This document shows, piece by piece, positions 32,582 to 42,144 of a stretch of 64,000 bases of DNA. The notes under the pieces were generated by a model, which did no database searches, was not told the DNA's origin, and saw only the letters and a list, made by a program, of their open reading frames with translations. Both the position numbers and the translations under genes were made by a program. Positions within the stretch are counted from its first letter, which is position 1; each line of letters opens with the position of its first letter. The DNA comes from an uncultured delta proteobacterium (GTDB lineage Bacteria > Myxococcota_A > Polyangia > Polyangiales > B10-G4), in NCBI GenBank assembly GCA_963727445.1, contig CAVSGI010000010.1, positions 1,152,001-1,216,000 on the forward strand, read 5' to 3'.

Positions 32582-33760
32582 TCAGAGCGTCTCGAAGTGA
32601 ATGCCCGCGTCCTCGAGGCGCGGAAGGAGCGCATCGCCCATCGCCGAAGCGGTGGTGAGCACGCCCGCACGCTCCGGGAGCATCGCTCGGTCGAGCGCCA
32701 GGCAGACCGTCGACTCACCGAGCATCTTGGCCGTGTCGCCATAGCCCGGGTCGCCGCCACGCACGCGCGTCTCGAGGCGCGTGCCCCCGGCGCGCGCAAG
32801 GAAGCGCACCTCGAACCAGCCGCGTGCCATCTCTTCTTCGGTGGGACCGGCGCCGCTCTGCCGTGCGCGCAGGAGCAGCTCGCGCGTGGGCTTCGCCTGC
32901 GAGAGCAGGATCACCGCCGACAGACCGACGCCCGTGCCCACCAGCATCGGCAAGCGCTTGAAGGTCACGTAGTGCCCGTAACGAAAGTCCGGCCCGTAGA
33001 CGTCGAGCATGCGCGCCGAGCGCTTCACGACCTGCGGGTCGATGGTCGGCAGGGGCGCCACCCACCGGCGAATCGCGCGCTCGTAGCGAACGCTGCCGCG
33101 CACGCTCCCCACCTTGCGACCGCCTTCGTGACGCGGCGATGGACGGCGGTGGCGGCGCGCGCTCAGCGTTCGGCGCGCGTCGCCGAAGGCCTCGATGGCG
33201 CTCGTCCAGGTGCCGCCGCTCATGCCGCCGCGCGCCCGAACGAAGCCTTCCACGGTGATCGGGACGTCCGACGGCAGCTGCTTCACCGTGTAGTAGACGC
33301 CCATGTCGTGGGGAATGCTGTCGAACCCGCAGCAGCTCACCACGCGGACGCCCGCCTCCTTCGCCCTCTCGTCGTAGCGGTCCATCGTCATCTTCACGTA
33401 GTCGGGCTCGCCGGTGATGTCCGTGTAGTCCGCGCCCTCGTCGACGCAGGCCGCGAGGACCGGCTCGCCAAATCGCGCGAAAGGCCCGGCAGTGGTGGCG
33501 ACGACGCGCGCGCGCGACGCCATGGCGCGGAGGCTCTGCGGATTGCCGAGGTCCGCCTGGATCTTCACCACGCGCTCCGCGCTCTGATCGAGGGCGACCA
33601 GCTCGCGGTGGAGCGCGTCGAGCTTCTTCGGATCGCGCCCGGCGATTCCCCAGGCGAAGGACTCGCCGCCGTAGCGCCCCGCCAGGTAGCGGGCGGTGAG
33701 CCTACCCGTGAAACCGGTGGCGCCGAAGAGGACGAGGGCGAGCTCGCGAGAGTCGGTCAT
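32582..33760 (-). CDS. Saccharopine dehydrogenase-like oxidoreductase (trans-acting enoyl reductase type)
   Basis: FGATGFTG, AGPF, YTDITGE, CGFDSIPHD, GGDPGYGDTAKML. Confidence 0.9.
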   Translation of the reverse strand: MTDSRELALVLFGATGFTGRLTARYLAGRYGGESFAWGIAGRDPKKLDALHRELVALDQSAERVVKIQADLGNPQSLRAMASRARVVATTAGPFARFGEPVLAACVDEGADYTDITGEPDYVKMTMDRYDERAKEAGVRVVSCCGFDSIPHDMGVYYTVKQLPSDVPITVEGFVRARGGMSGGTWTSAIEAFGDARRTLSARRHRRPSPRHEGGRKVGSVRGSVRYERAIRRWVAPLPTIDPQVVKRSARMLDVYGPDFRYGHYVTFKRLPMLVGTGVGLSAVILLSQAKPTRELLLRARQSGAGPTEEEMARGWFEVRFLARAGGTRLETRVRGGDPGYGDTAKMLGESTVCLALDRAMLPERAGVLTTASAMGDALLPRLEDAGIHFETL

Positions 33761-34356
33761 GGCGAGACGCTCGCCCGCGGGGCGAGCATCTGCAAGAGCG
33801 AGTGGGCTGCTGCGCCGAGGTCGAAGGGATGGCCGAGCTCGGCGAGGGTCTGCGCGCCGATCACCGCCGCGAGGAGGAGGGTCGCCGTCGCTTCGGGGTC
33901 GAGGTCGTCGCGGGCCATCCCGCGCGACTGGCTGGTGGCGACGGTTCGGGTGATGCGGGCGATGGCATCGGCGATCAGCGCGACGTAGCGCGTGCGCACG
34001 CGGTCGGAGCGCGCGCATGCGTCGAGGAGCTGATGGGGGCGCACGTGACCGCCGGGCCCGAGGGGATAGGTCCCGTCGGCGAAGGCGGCGGCGAAATGGG
34101 CGAAGACCGTGGCGAGGTCCTGGTCTTCATCGGCGGCGAAGAGGCGATCGAGGATGGGGCCGCCTGCGTCCTGCATCACCTGGGCGAGGAAGTCCTCCCG
34201 GTCCTCGAAGTGCACGTAGAAGGCACCTCGGGTGTAGCCCGCCCGCGCGCAGATCGCGTCGAGGCTGGGGGCGTCGAGGCCCTGCTCTGCGAAGAGCGCC
34301 GCCCCGGCCTCGAGGAGGGCCTTTCGCGTTTTCTCCTTCGATTGTCGCCGTTTCAT
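33757..34356 (-). CDS. TetR/AcrR family regulator
   Basis: TRKALLEAGAALFAEQG...ICARAGYTRGAFYVHF; stop overlaps the next start. Confidence 0.92.
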   Translation of the reverse strand: MKRRQSKEKTRKALLEAGAALFAEQGLDAPSLDAICARAGYTRGAFYVHFEDREDFLAQVMQDAGGPILDRLFAADEDQDLATVFAHFAAAFADGTYPLGPGGHVRPHQLLDACARSDRVRTRYVALIADAIARITRTVATSQSRGMARDDLDPEATATLLLAAVIGAQTLAELGHPFDLGAAAHSLLQMLAPRASVSP

Positions 34357-34365
34357 TCCTTCGGT

Positions 34366-34422
34366 TTGACATACGAGTCCGTATGTGAAAAGAGGAGAGT
34401 CACATACGAGTCCGTATGTGAA
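34366..34422. promoter_or_regulatory. Twin palindromic TetR operators overlapping a TTGACA -35 box
   Basis: ACATACG-AGTC-CGTATGT at 34369-34386 and TCACATACG-AGTC-CGTATGTGA at 34400-34421, 33 bp apart, between divergent genes. Confidence 0.85.
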
Positions 34423-34441
34423 CGGCTCGGGGAGGCATCTC

Positions 34442-34975
34442 GTGATCAGCACCCACACCACCGAAGCGGCGCGCTCCGCGCGGACAACGCGGCAGAGGAC
34501 GCGACATCTCGACGACTTGCTCGGCCTCTCCGTCGACGCGCTCGAGTCGCTCTATCGGGACGCCAGCGTTCCGGCGATGCAGGAGGTGCACGGCGACCTT
34601 CGTGGCCGAATGCTCGCGACGACGGTGCTCGGGGGCCGGTGGGTCGGTCGCGCCGAGCGCTGGGCCTCTTCGCGCTTCTTTCCATGGCGCGGAAAGAGCT
34701 TCATGCCGAAGGACAGCGCGCGCGGTGAAGGGATCAACCGCGTCGGGATCGACCGCGTGCGCCTCTATCGATTCGAGACGCGCATCGCCAAGTCGAAAGC
34801 CGGCGACTTCGACGCTCTGCAGCTCGACTACGACCTGCCCGACAACCCGGGCTTCATTCGCGCGATCGAGGACGAGATCCGCGAGCTGTCACCGGGGCTC
34901 TATCTCGGCCAGGCCTATCTGCGCATCGGCGGCCAGCCGGTGTTGATCCTCTACTTCGGGCTCGCGACGAAGTGA
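34442..34975 (+). CDS. Hypothetical protein (WRGKSF...LDYD...DEIREL...YLG; possibly GXWXG-related)
   Basis: GGGGAGG RBS then GTG; stop overlaps SDR start (GTGA). Confidence 0.7.
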   Translation: MISTHTTEAARSARTTRQRTRHLDDLLGLSVDALESLYRDASVPAMQEVHGDLRGRMLATTVLGGRWVGRAERWASSRFFPWRGKSFMPKDSARGEGINRVGIDRVRLYRFETRIAKSKAGDFDALQLDYDLPDNPGFIRAIEDEIRELSPGLYLGQAYLRIGGQPVLILYFGLATK

Positions 34976-35787
34976 CGACCGCGGTCGTCACCGGGGCGGC
35001 GCGGGGGATCGGTCGCGCCTTCGCCCTCGTGCTCGCCGAGCAGGGCGGCACGGTCGTGCTGGCGGACGTGGACGTGGAGGGCGCCGAGGCTACCGCCGAG
35101 GCGGTGCGGCACGCTGGAGCCGAGGCCGTGGTCGCGCGCTGCGACGTCACCGAGGTCGACGACCTGCGCGCGCTCGCCGCCGCCTGGCCCGCGCCCGACC
35201 TCGTGATCGCCAACGCCGGCATCATGGTCCTCGGCGAAGCGTGCGCGACCGACCTCGCGGCCTTCCGGCGCGTCGTCGACGTGAACCTCTTCGGCGTGAT
35301 CCACACCTGCCAGGCGTTCTCGCCCTCCATGATCGCGCGCGGCCGCGGGGCGCTGCTCAACGTCGCCTCCCTCGCCGGCCTCATCCCTGCGCCGCTCATG
35401 GGCTGCTACGCCGCGACCAAGGCGGGGGTGATCGCCTATGGCGACGCGCTCCGCGCCGAGCTCCGCCCGCGCGGCGTCACCGTCACCACGCTCTGCCCGT
35501 CCTTCACGCGCACCGAGCTCATCGACCACGCCTCCGGGGACGACGCGGGCGCGTTCGGCATCGGGCGCCTCATCATGGATCGCATCGGCGAACGGCCCGA
35601 GGTGGTCGCGCGCCTGGGCGTGAAGGCCGCCCAGGCCGGCGACGCCTACGCCATCCCCACGCTGCACGGACGGCTCGCGCGCCGGCTCCGCGGGATCGCC
35701 CCTGGCGGCACGACGAAGCTCGCCGCCGCTGCCTACGCCGCCTACCAGCTCTACTCGCCGCGGATCTCGGGCAGCGGCGCGCCGTAG
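34972..35787 (+). CDS. SDR family oxidoreductase
   Basis: TGAARGIG, ANAG, YAATK. Confidence 0.9.
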   Translation: MTTAVVTGAARGIGRAFALVLAEQGGTVVLADVDVEGAEATAEAVRHAGAEAVVARCDVTEVDDLRALAAAWPAPDLVIANAGIMVLGEACATDLAAFRRVVDVNLFGVIHTCQAFSPSMIARGRGALLNVASLAGLIPAPLMGCYAATKAGVIAYGDALRAELRPRGVTVTTLCPSFTRTELIDHASGDDAGAFGIGRLIMDRIGERPEVVARLGVKAAQAGDAYAIPTLHGRLARRLRGIAPGGTTKLAAAAYAAYQLYSPRISGSGAP

Positions 35788-37598
35788 AGACGCTGCCAGG
35801 TGCGGCCGGCGAGCGCCGACAGCTCCTCCGAGCCCGAAGCGTGAAGCTCGGCGTAGATGCGCGCGGCCTCGCCGCGGTCGATGCGGCGACCCGCGATGAG
35901 CGGACCGTGAGCGATGCCGGCCTCGTCGGCGAGCGCCTCGAAGAGCGCCACTGCGGCGACGGCCTCCGGCATGCCCCAGTTGTAACGGTTCATGAGGAAC
36001 GACGCGACGTGCACCAGGCTGGTCCAGGCGAGGTCAGGACGCTGCGCGATCTGCGATAGATACGCGGAGAGCTCCGCGTTGGCGCGCTCGGCGCGGCGGT
36101 TGGCGCCGTCGAGCGCCTCGGTCTCTCCGGTGTACTGGCTGAGCACCTCGGGCACGGCGATGAGCCGGTCCGCTTCGTAGTCGAGGCGGTGCTGGACTTC
36201 GTGCTCCGCCACCGAGCGAGCGCGTTCCTCGAGCAGCAGGCGCCACGCCGTCAGGACGTCTGGCTGATGGAGATCGGCCTCGGCCTGCCGCAGCTCGCGC
36301 AGACCGGCGCGGTCGACGTCGCCGCGAAACTCGAGGTCGGAGACGTCGTAGTCGTAGCGCCACGGCTCTCGGAGGGAGACGTTGGCGAGGGAGCCGCTCA
36401 CGATCGCCACGGCGTTGCGGCGACGCACCACCGCGTCGGCGAGCCGGTCGAGGGCCCGCGCATTGCCCATCTCGGCGCTCACCACCCGCTCCGCCTCGTG
36501 CCGCAGGTCCTCGTGGGCCTGATCCTCGAAGGGCGTCACCCACTCGGTGCCGGTTTCGTCGGCGTAATCGCGCACGATCACCGAGTCGCGCGCCGAGTTC
36601 ACCGTGGGGAGCACGTCCTCGATCAGAAAGCGCTCGATGCGGTCGACGACCACCAGCGCATAGCGGACCTCAGGTCGGGTGTAGCCGAGAAGCGAGCGCT
36701 CGAAATTGAGGTTGTCCCGCCGCGTGATGTCGAGCGCCATGACCTCCTCGTCGCCCACGACGAAGGTCCGCCGCTCGAGGACGTTCCAGGTGGACAGAAG
36801 CACCTGCTGCCGACCCGTCCCGTAGCGCCGGAGGGTCGCGTCGACGAAATAGGGGACGTCGGCTTCTCGGAGCGCGTCGTGGAAGAGCACCAGCTGATTG
36901 AGCCAGGTCGCGTCGTCGTGTCCCTCCTCGCGGTCGACGTAGGCGAGGGCCTCGCTCACCAGATCGTCCATGGGCTGGACGAGCGCCGGCGCTTCTTCGC
37001 GGAGCGCTTCGAGGAGCTCGCCGCGCTCGGTGGCCACGTCCTCGGGCGCAGGCCGCTCGTTCCCCGCGGAGCGGCGATCGAGGGCGACCACCAGGTCGGG
37101 GAGCTTGGATCCGAAGACGTCGTCGAGGGGGTGCGCGGGCTCCTCGGGCTCGTCCATCCCGAGCAGCTCGTCGAGATCCGCGCCGGCGTCTGCCGGCGGT
37201 TGGCCCGGCGCCGATGCGTCAGCGTCGGGAAGGTTCGCCCAGAGCCACAGGGCGCCCGCGCCCACCAGCACCGCGAAGATCGCGGAGAGCCCGGCCACCA
37301 AACGCATCAGCGCGCCCGCTTCGACCCGCGGCCGCCGCGCCGCGACGAATGCCTCGCGCACCGACTCGATGTCGTCGTCGTCCGCGACCGGCACGCGCAC
37401 GATCGCGAGGTAGGCGAGGCGGTGTAGATGCGCCACGTCCTCGGCGCGCGACGTTCCGAACCCAGCCGCGATCACACGCTTGTCCGCCGCGCGTTTCACG
37501 AAAGGGCGAAGGAGCGCAGGGATCTTCGACAGGCCCTCCTTCACCGAAGTGCCGGTCGCGACCTGGGCCAGATAGCGGAGGATGTAGCCGCGCAACAT
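35751..37598 (-). CDS. Single-TM hypothetical protein with HEXXH zincin-like motif
   Basis: One TM segment; VAEHEVQH followed by AELSAYL. Confidence 0.7.
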   Translation of the reverse strand: MLRGYILRYLAQVATGTSVKEGLSKIPALLRPFVKRAADKRVIAAGFGTSRAEDVAHLHRLAYLAIVRVPVADDDDIESVREAFVAARRPRVEAGALMRLVAGLSAIFAVLVGAGALWLWANLPDADASAPGQPPADAGADLDELLGMDEPEEPAHPLDDVFGSKLPDLVVALDRRSAGNERPAPEDVATERGELLEALREEAPALVQPMDDLVSEALAYVDREEGHDDATWLNQLVLFHDALREADVPYFVDATLRRYGTGRQQVLLSTWNVLERRTFVVGDEEVMALDITRRDNLNFERSLLGYTRPEVRYALVVVDRIERFLIEDVLPTVNSARDSVIVRDYADETGTEWVTPFEDQAHEDLRHEAERVVSAEMGNARALDRLADAVVRRRNAVAIVSGSLANVSLREPWRYDYDVSDLEFRGDVDRAGLRELRQAEADLHQPDVLTAWRLLLEERARSVAEHEVQHRLDYEADRLIAVPEVLSQYTGETEALDGANRRAERANAELSAYLSQIAQRPDLAWTSLVHVASFLMNRYNWGMPEAVAAVALFEALADEAGIAHGPLIAGRRIDRGEAARIYAELHASGSEELSALAGRTWQRLYGAPLPEIRGE

Positions 37599-37649
37599 CG
37601 CGGGTGGAGGCTAGCAGGGATCGAGGGGAGGTACGGCTACGGGGAGAGG

Positions 37650-40600
37650 TTAGTGGCCGTCTTCCACGTAGCCGAGGTTCTGGAGACGCCGGGCCGATTC
37701 GGCGTCCAGCTCCCCGACGCTCTGGCGCTGGACAGCCCCTTCGCGGGCGACCTCGCCTTCGGAGACGAGGGTCTCCATCAACGAGTGCACCTCGTCCGAC
37801 TGGGCGGCGGCGAGATTCTCCTCTTCGTGTCGATCCAGGTCGGGCCGGTAGAGCTCCACCGGGTCGAGCCCGCGCGGATTGTTCGGGTTCGCGGTGATGA
37901 GCTTCCACTCGTCGGTGCCGCGGCGCTCGCGCACCGACTCGAGGACGTTGCCCTCGTGGCTCTCCTCCGCATAGACGGTGTCGGTGCCTTCGAAGAGGTC
38001 GCCGCCCTGCACACCGTCGGGCACCTCCGCGCCGACCTCACGCAGGAGCGTCGGCATCACGTCCACGGCCTGGACCCAATGGCGAACGGTGGTGCCGCCG
38101 CGCCGGGCGCCGGGGAGCTTCACGAAGAGCGGCACGTGGACCTGCTCGTCGTAGAGCGTGGTGCCGTGCCAGAAGCCGCCGTGGTCTCCGAGCTCCTCAC
38201 CGTGATCGGCGGTCACCACGATCGTCATGTCGTCGTAGAGGCCGTCCGCCTGGAGGCGCTCGATGAGCGAGCCGAAGTGCGCGTCCCAGTACTCGATCTC
38301 GCCGTCGTAGAGCTCGCGGAGCTCGTCGGCTTCGTCGAGGTCGGGGTGCTGGTGCGCGGCGCGGGCGTAGCCGTTGCCGGAGTAGGGATGGACGAAGTAC
38401 GGGTCGTGCGGATCCATGTAGGCCGCGAAGATGAAGAACGGCCGGTCGGGCGCGCGATCGAGGAACGAGAAGACCTCGCTGTTGACGGTCTCGGCGTCCC
38501 GATAGGCGGTGCCCGGCTCGACGACGCCGCGCGCGGCCCGGACCTTCTCGATGGTCTGCCGGAGGAACTGCACCAGGAGCAGCTTCGAGGCCGCGTCGTC
38601 GGCGCCGAGCACGTACTCGGGCTCGAGGTAGCGATACTCGTCGAAGCCCTGCTGGAAGTTGAAGAAGGGAGCGACGTTGTAGTTGGTGACGATGCCGGTG
38701 GTGTAGTAGCCGGCGCCCTGGAGCGCTTCGGGGAGGGTGGTGAGCTCCTCCGGGAGCTGATCGCTCTTGGCCATCACGCCGTGGTTCGACGGGAAGCGGC
38801 CCGTCAGATAGGTCGCGAAGCTCGGGCGCGTCCACGACGCGTTGGCGAAGGCCTGGTCGAAGCGAACCGCATCCTGGGCGAAGGCGCTGAGGTTCGGCGT
38901 CTCGATCGCCTCGTAGCCGAAGTCCGGCAGATGGTCGGCCCGGAGCGTGTCGACGATGACGAACAGGACGTTGCCCGCGTCGGGCGGTGGCGCGGCGCGC
39001 TCGCCTCCGGTCGCCGCCACCGCGGGACCGCCCGCGAAGACCGCGACGACCGCGAGGAGCGCCACCATCGCGCCCGCGACCACCGGCGAGCCCCAGGCCC
39101 GGAGCATCACCCGCGCGGGGGTGCTCGTCAGAAGCCAGCGGAGCGCGGCGCCCACCAGCAGATAGATCAGACCCGCGGCCAGCGCACAGCCGAGCACGAC
39201 CCCGAGGCCGGTGGCGCTCTTGAGGACCAGCTCCTCGTGGAAGACGTCGCGGCGCACGCGGAAGAGCCCCAGCGCGAAGGCGAAGGACGCGACGAAGAAG
39301 GCGGTGGTGCGCGCGTAAGCGAGCGGCTCGCTCATGGGCTCGACGTCTTCGAAGTAGCTCTTCTTCGCCCACTTTCCCGCGAAGTAGCTGACGACGCCGA
39401 AGCCCGCCCCCGCGACGGCCAGGAAGATTCCGTAGGCCACCGCGCCGTAGGAAAGAACGCCGAAGCCGACGCGCCCGCCCGAGTTGTAGATGACGACGCT
39501 CGCCTCGGCGCTGCCCACCAGCACGCCCGCGAGGAGCCCCGCGCCGATCCCGAGGGTGAGCCCCGAGCGAAGCGAGGCGAAGGGGACGGCGAAGCTCCGG
39601 AGCCGCGTCACCCACGCCGGCACCGGCTCCTGCGCGTAGGACTCGTGAACCGCGTCCTCGCGGTCCACGTCCTCGACCACGATGTCGTCTCGGTAACCGC
39701 CGCGGCGCATCAGGAAGGGGATGGTGCCGAAGGCGGAGACGAACATCTCGGCCGCGAAACCGACGATGGGGATCAGCACCGCCTCGGCGGTGGAGAGGCC
39801 CACCGCGGGCAGCGTGTAGAGGGCGACCGCCGTGGCCTCGCGCAGGCCGACGCCGTTGATCGACGCCGGGATGATGGTGCTCATGATCTGCAGCGACGAG
39901 GCGAAGAAGACCACGCCGATGGAGAGCTCGACGCCGATCGCCCGCGCAGCGCAGACGTAGATCATGTTGTTGAACGCGTGGACCAGAACGCCGAGGCCGA
40001 CCGCCTGCGCGAGGAGCGCGCCTTTGCCGTGATAGGCGCAGACCGCGTCGACCAGGGTCTGGACGCGCACCTGGACGCTGTGTGGGAGCACCCGCGCTGC
40101 GAGGCGGAAGAGCTGCGGCTTGGCGAGGAGCGTGAGGCCGACCGTGACCAGCACCACGAAGAACGCGTTCACCAGCAGGACGCCCTGGGTGCCGAGGAAG
40201 GTCAGGCCCCAGATCGAGCCGCCCATCACCACCATCCCGAAGGCGAGCTGTCCGAGCACCTTCTCGACGCCGGTCACCGCGGTCGCGCGGGCGAGCTTCT
40301 TGGTCCGGGCGGCGGTGTCGAAGAGGCGCCAGCCGTCGAGGCCGAGCCCGCCGGGCGTGAAGGCGCCCCAGAAACGGCCGATGAAGAAGGAGCCGATCAG
40401 CCAACGCCAGGGCGCGAGGATCCCCTGCCCCTGGAGGAGGAGCCGCCAGCGCACCACGGCGAAGCCGATGGCGACGAGCTGCATCGTCGCAGCGAGCACC
40501 CACCAGCCGACCGAGATCTCGCCGAGGCGCGAGACGAACTCGTCGGCGCCGTCACGGCCCATGATCTTGGCGAAGACGTAATAGAGCATCGCCACGCTGA

Positions 40601-40661
40601 AGCCGACCTTCAGCAGAACCAGGAGCAGCTTCTTCTTGGATCTCGGAGCCTTTTCGCCCAT
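37650..40661 (-). CDS. Fusion of LPG-synthase-TM/UPF0104 flippase-like domain, extra TMs and an alkaline-phosphatase/sulfatase-fold domain
   Basis: RWRLLL, FTPGGLGLDGWR, PASINGVGLRE; then VIVDTLRADH, TPNL, SWTRPS, MDPHDPY, YDGEI, TADHGEE, HG. Confidence 0.85.
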   Translation of the reverse strand: MGEKAPRSKKKLLLVLLKVGFSVAMLYYVFAKIMGRDGADEFVSRLGEISVGWWVLAATMQLVAIGFAVVRWRLLLQGQGILAPWRWLIGSFFIGRFWGAFTPGGLGLDGWRLFDTAARTKKLARATAVTGVEKVLGQLAFGMVVMGGSIWGLTFLGTQGVLLVNAFFVVLVTVGLTLLAKPQLFRLAARVLPHSVQVRVQTLVDAVCAYHGKGALLAQAVGLGVLVHAFNNMIYVCAARAIGVELSIGVVFFASSLQIMSTIIPASINGVGLREATAVALYTLPAVGLSTAEAVLIPIVGFAAEMFVSAFGTIPFLMRRGGYRDDIVVEDVDREDAVHESYAQEPVPAWVTRLRSFAVPFASLRSGLTLGIGAGLLAGVLVGSAEASVVIYNSGGRVGFGVLSYGAVAYGIFLAVAGAGFGVVSYFAGKWAKKSYFEDVEPMSEPLAYARTTAFFVASFAFALGLFRVRRDVFHEELVLKSATGLGVVLGCALAAGLIYLLVGAALRWLLTSTPARVMLRAWGSPVVAGAMVALLAVVAVFAGGPAVAATGGERAAPPPDAGNVLFVIVDTLRADHLPDFGYEAIETPNLSAFAQDAVRFDQAFANASWTRPSFATYLTGRFPSNHGVMAKSDQLPEELTTLPEALQGAGYYTTGIVTNYNVAPFFNFQQGFDEYRYLEPEYVLGADDAASKLLLVQFLRQTIEKVRAARGVVEPGTAYRDAETVNSEVFSFLDRAPDRPFFIFAAYMDPHDPYFVHPYSGNGYARAAHQHPDLDEADELRELYDGEIEYWDAHFGSLIERLQADGLYDDMTIVVTADHGEELGDHGGFWHGTTLYDEQVHVPLFVKLPGARRGGTTVRHWVQAVDVMPTLLREVGAEVPDGVQGGDLFEGTDTVYAEESHEGNVLESVRERRGTDEWKLITANPNNPRGLDPVELYRPDLDRHEEENLAAAQSDEVHSLMETLVSEGEVAREGAVQRQSVGELDAESARRLQNLGYVEDGH

Positions 40662-40785
40662 GGAACAATCCGGTAGCCCGCTGAGCCTCGCGGGTCAAAT
40701 AAGCGGAAAGGGGACGCTTCGGACCCTCGTGCCCATTCCCCTTTCGGTCCCTGCCAAGGGCTCGAATTCTGTAGATTCCCCTCCG

Positions 40786-41832
40786 GTGCGACCCCCGAAT
40801 TCCCTTCTCTCACTCGCTCGCCTCGCCTTTCGTCTCCCCGACGGGGCGCTTCGTGCCTTCGCGGGAGAGACCCCACACGCCGACGACGGCACCCCGCTCG
40901 ACGCGGCGCTCGGCGCCATGCTCGCCCTCATGCGGCGCCTCGATTTCCCGAAGTCCTTCGAGCGGAGCGTCGCCGAAGCGCGCGCCGGCACCGCCGAGGA
41001 CGTCGCCATCGCCAGCGCGCCACCCGAAGCGATGGCCTCGGTGGAGGACCGCTTCATCCCCGGGCCCGCGGGCACCATCCACGTGCGCTGCTACCGCCCG
41101 ACCCTCGCGCCGAAGGCGCCGGCTCTGGTCTACCTCCATGGCGGCGGCTTCGTGATCGGCGACCTCGACTCCCACGACGCCGTCTGCCGGCGCATCGCCA
41201 AGCTCGCGGGCTGTGTGATCGTCGCCGTCCACTATCGGTTGGCGCCGGAAGATCCCTATCCCGCCGCGGTCGAGGACGCCGAGGCCGCGCTCGAGTTCGT
41301 GATGTCCCACGCCGAGAGCTTCGGCGGAGACCCCGCGCACGTGGCGGTAGCCGGGGACAGCGCGGGGGGCTGCCTGGCGACGGTGGCCTGCCGGCGGCTT
41401 CGCGATCGCGGCAGCCCCCTTCCCGTCGCGCAGGTCCTGATCTACCCGGCCATCGACTTCACCAAGAGCATGGACTCACACAGGCGCTACGCGTCCGGCT
41501 TCAACCTCGAAGAGAAGTCGATCGACTGGTACCGCGACCACTACCTGCCCAACGCGGCGCGGTGGAAAGAGCCTGACGCCTCACCCCTCTTCACCGAAGA
41601 CCTCTCGGGTCTGCCGAAAGCGGTCGTGGTGACCGCCGGCTTCGATCCGCTCCTCGACGAGGGCGCGGCGTACGCCGACAAGCTGCGCGACGCGGGCGTA
41701 GAGGTGCGCTACCGCTGCGAGAGCGCGCTCATCCACGGCTTCGTGAACATGGCGGGCCTGTCAGCCGGCTGCGCGGACGCCCTCGATCGCGTCGCGCGAG
41801 ACGTCGGCGATGCGCTGCGCGCGAAGCTCTAG
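40786..41832 (+). CDS. HSL-family alpha/beta hydrolase (esterase/lipase)
   Basis: HGGGF, YRLAPE, GDSAGG, FDPLLDEG, HGF; start uncertain. Confidence 0.92.
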   Translation: MRPPNSLLSLARLAFRLPDGALRAFAGETPHADDGTPLDAALGAMLALMRRLDFPKSFERSVAEARAGTAEDVAIASAPPEAMASVEDRFIPGPAGTIHVRCYRPTLAPKAPALVYLHGGGFVIGDLDSHDAVCRRIAKLAGCVIVAVHYRLAPEDPYPAAVEDAEAALEFVMSHAESFGGDPAHVAVAGDSAGGCLATVACRRLRDRGSPLPVAQVLIYPAIDFTKSMDSHRRYASGFNLEEKSIDWYRDHYLPNAARWKEPDASPLFTEDLSGLPKAVVVTAGFDPLLDEGAAYADKLRDAGVEVRYRCESALIHGFVNMAGLSAGCADALDRVARDVGDALRAKL

Positions 41833-42045
41833 GCCCCGCTCGCTTCGTCGAGCTCGGGCTCGTCGTTGGTCTTGACCGGTCGCGAATGGCGTGCCTTGCG
41901 CTTGGTCAGGCGATTGCCGACCTCGCTCACCACGTCGACGATGCCGCGCTTCGGGTGGGTCCCGCTCCGCCGGCCCTCGTCCGTGTCCCCCCCTCTTTCG
42001 GAGTCCCCCCCCGAATGAGTCGTTTTGGGTGTCACGCAAACCATG
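41829..42045 (-). CDS. Possible small hypothetical protein
   Basis: 3' half has strongly GC3-biased codons (KRGIVDVVSEVGNRLTKRK...); start unclear and overlaps the hairpin region. Confidence 0.3.
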
Positions 42046-42137
42046 ATGCCAGAGCTTGTCCCCATATGGGTAGCGTTTGTGTGACGACCCCTGAAAAAAC
42101 TCGTTGTTTCCATGGGGGGGGCGCTCGATGTAGGGTC
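41972..42137 (+). ncRNA. Candidate long-hairpin structured RNA
   Basis: Nested complementarity 42027-42041/42075-42090, 42014-42020/42099-42105 and C-runs/G8 (42114-42121), with G-U pairs favouring the + strand. Confidence 0.3.
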
Positions 42138-42144
42138 CAGGCCG

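Noticed and set aside
37650..38970. Canonical formylglycine sulfatase
   Set aside because: Lacks the C/S-x-P-x-R motif; has WTRPSF
37428..40676. 1082-aa plus-strand ORF and other long antisense ORFs (16079-18607, 18567-21089, 23183-25564, 57610-59874)
   Set aside because: Shadow ORFs opposite motif-bearing genes, expected in high-GC DNA; no recognisable domains
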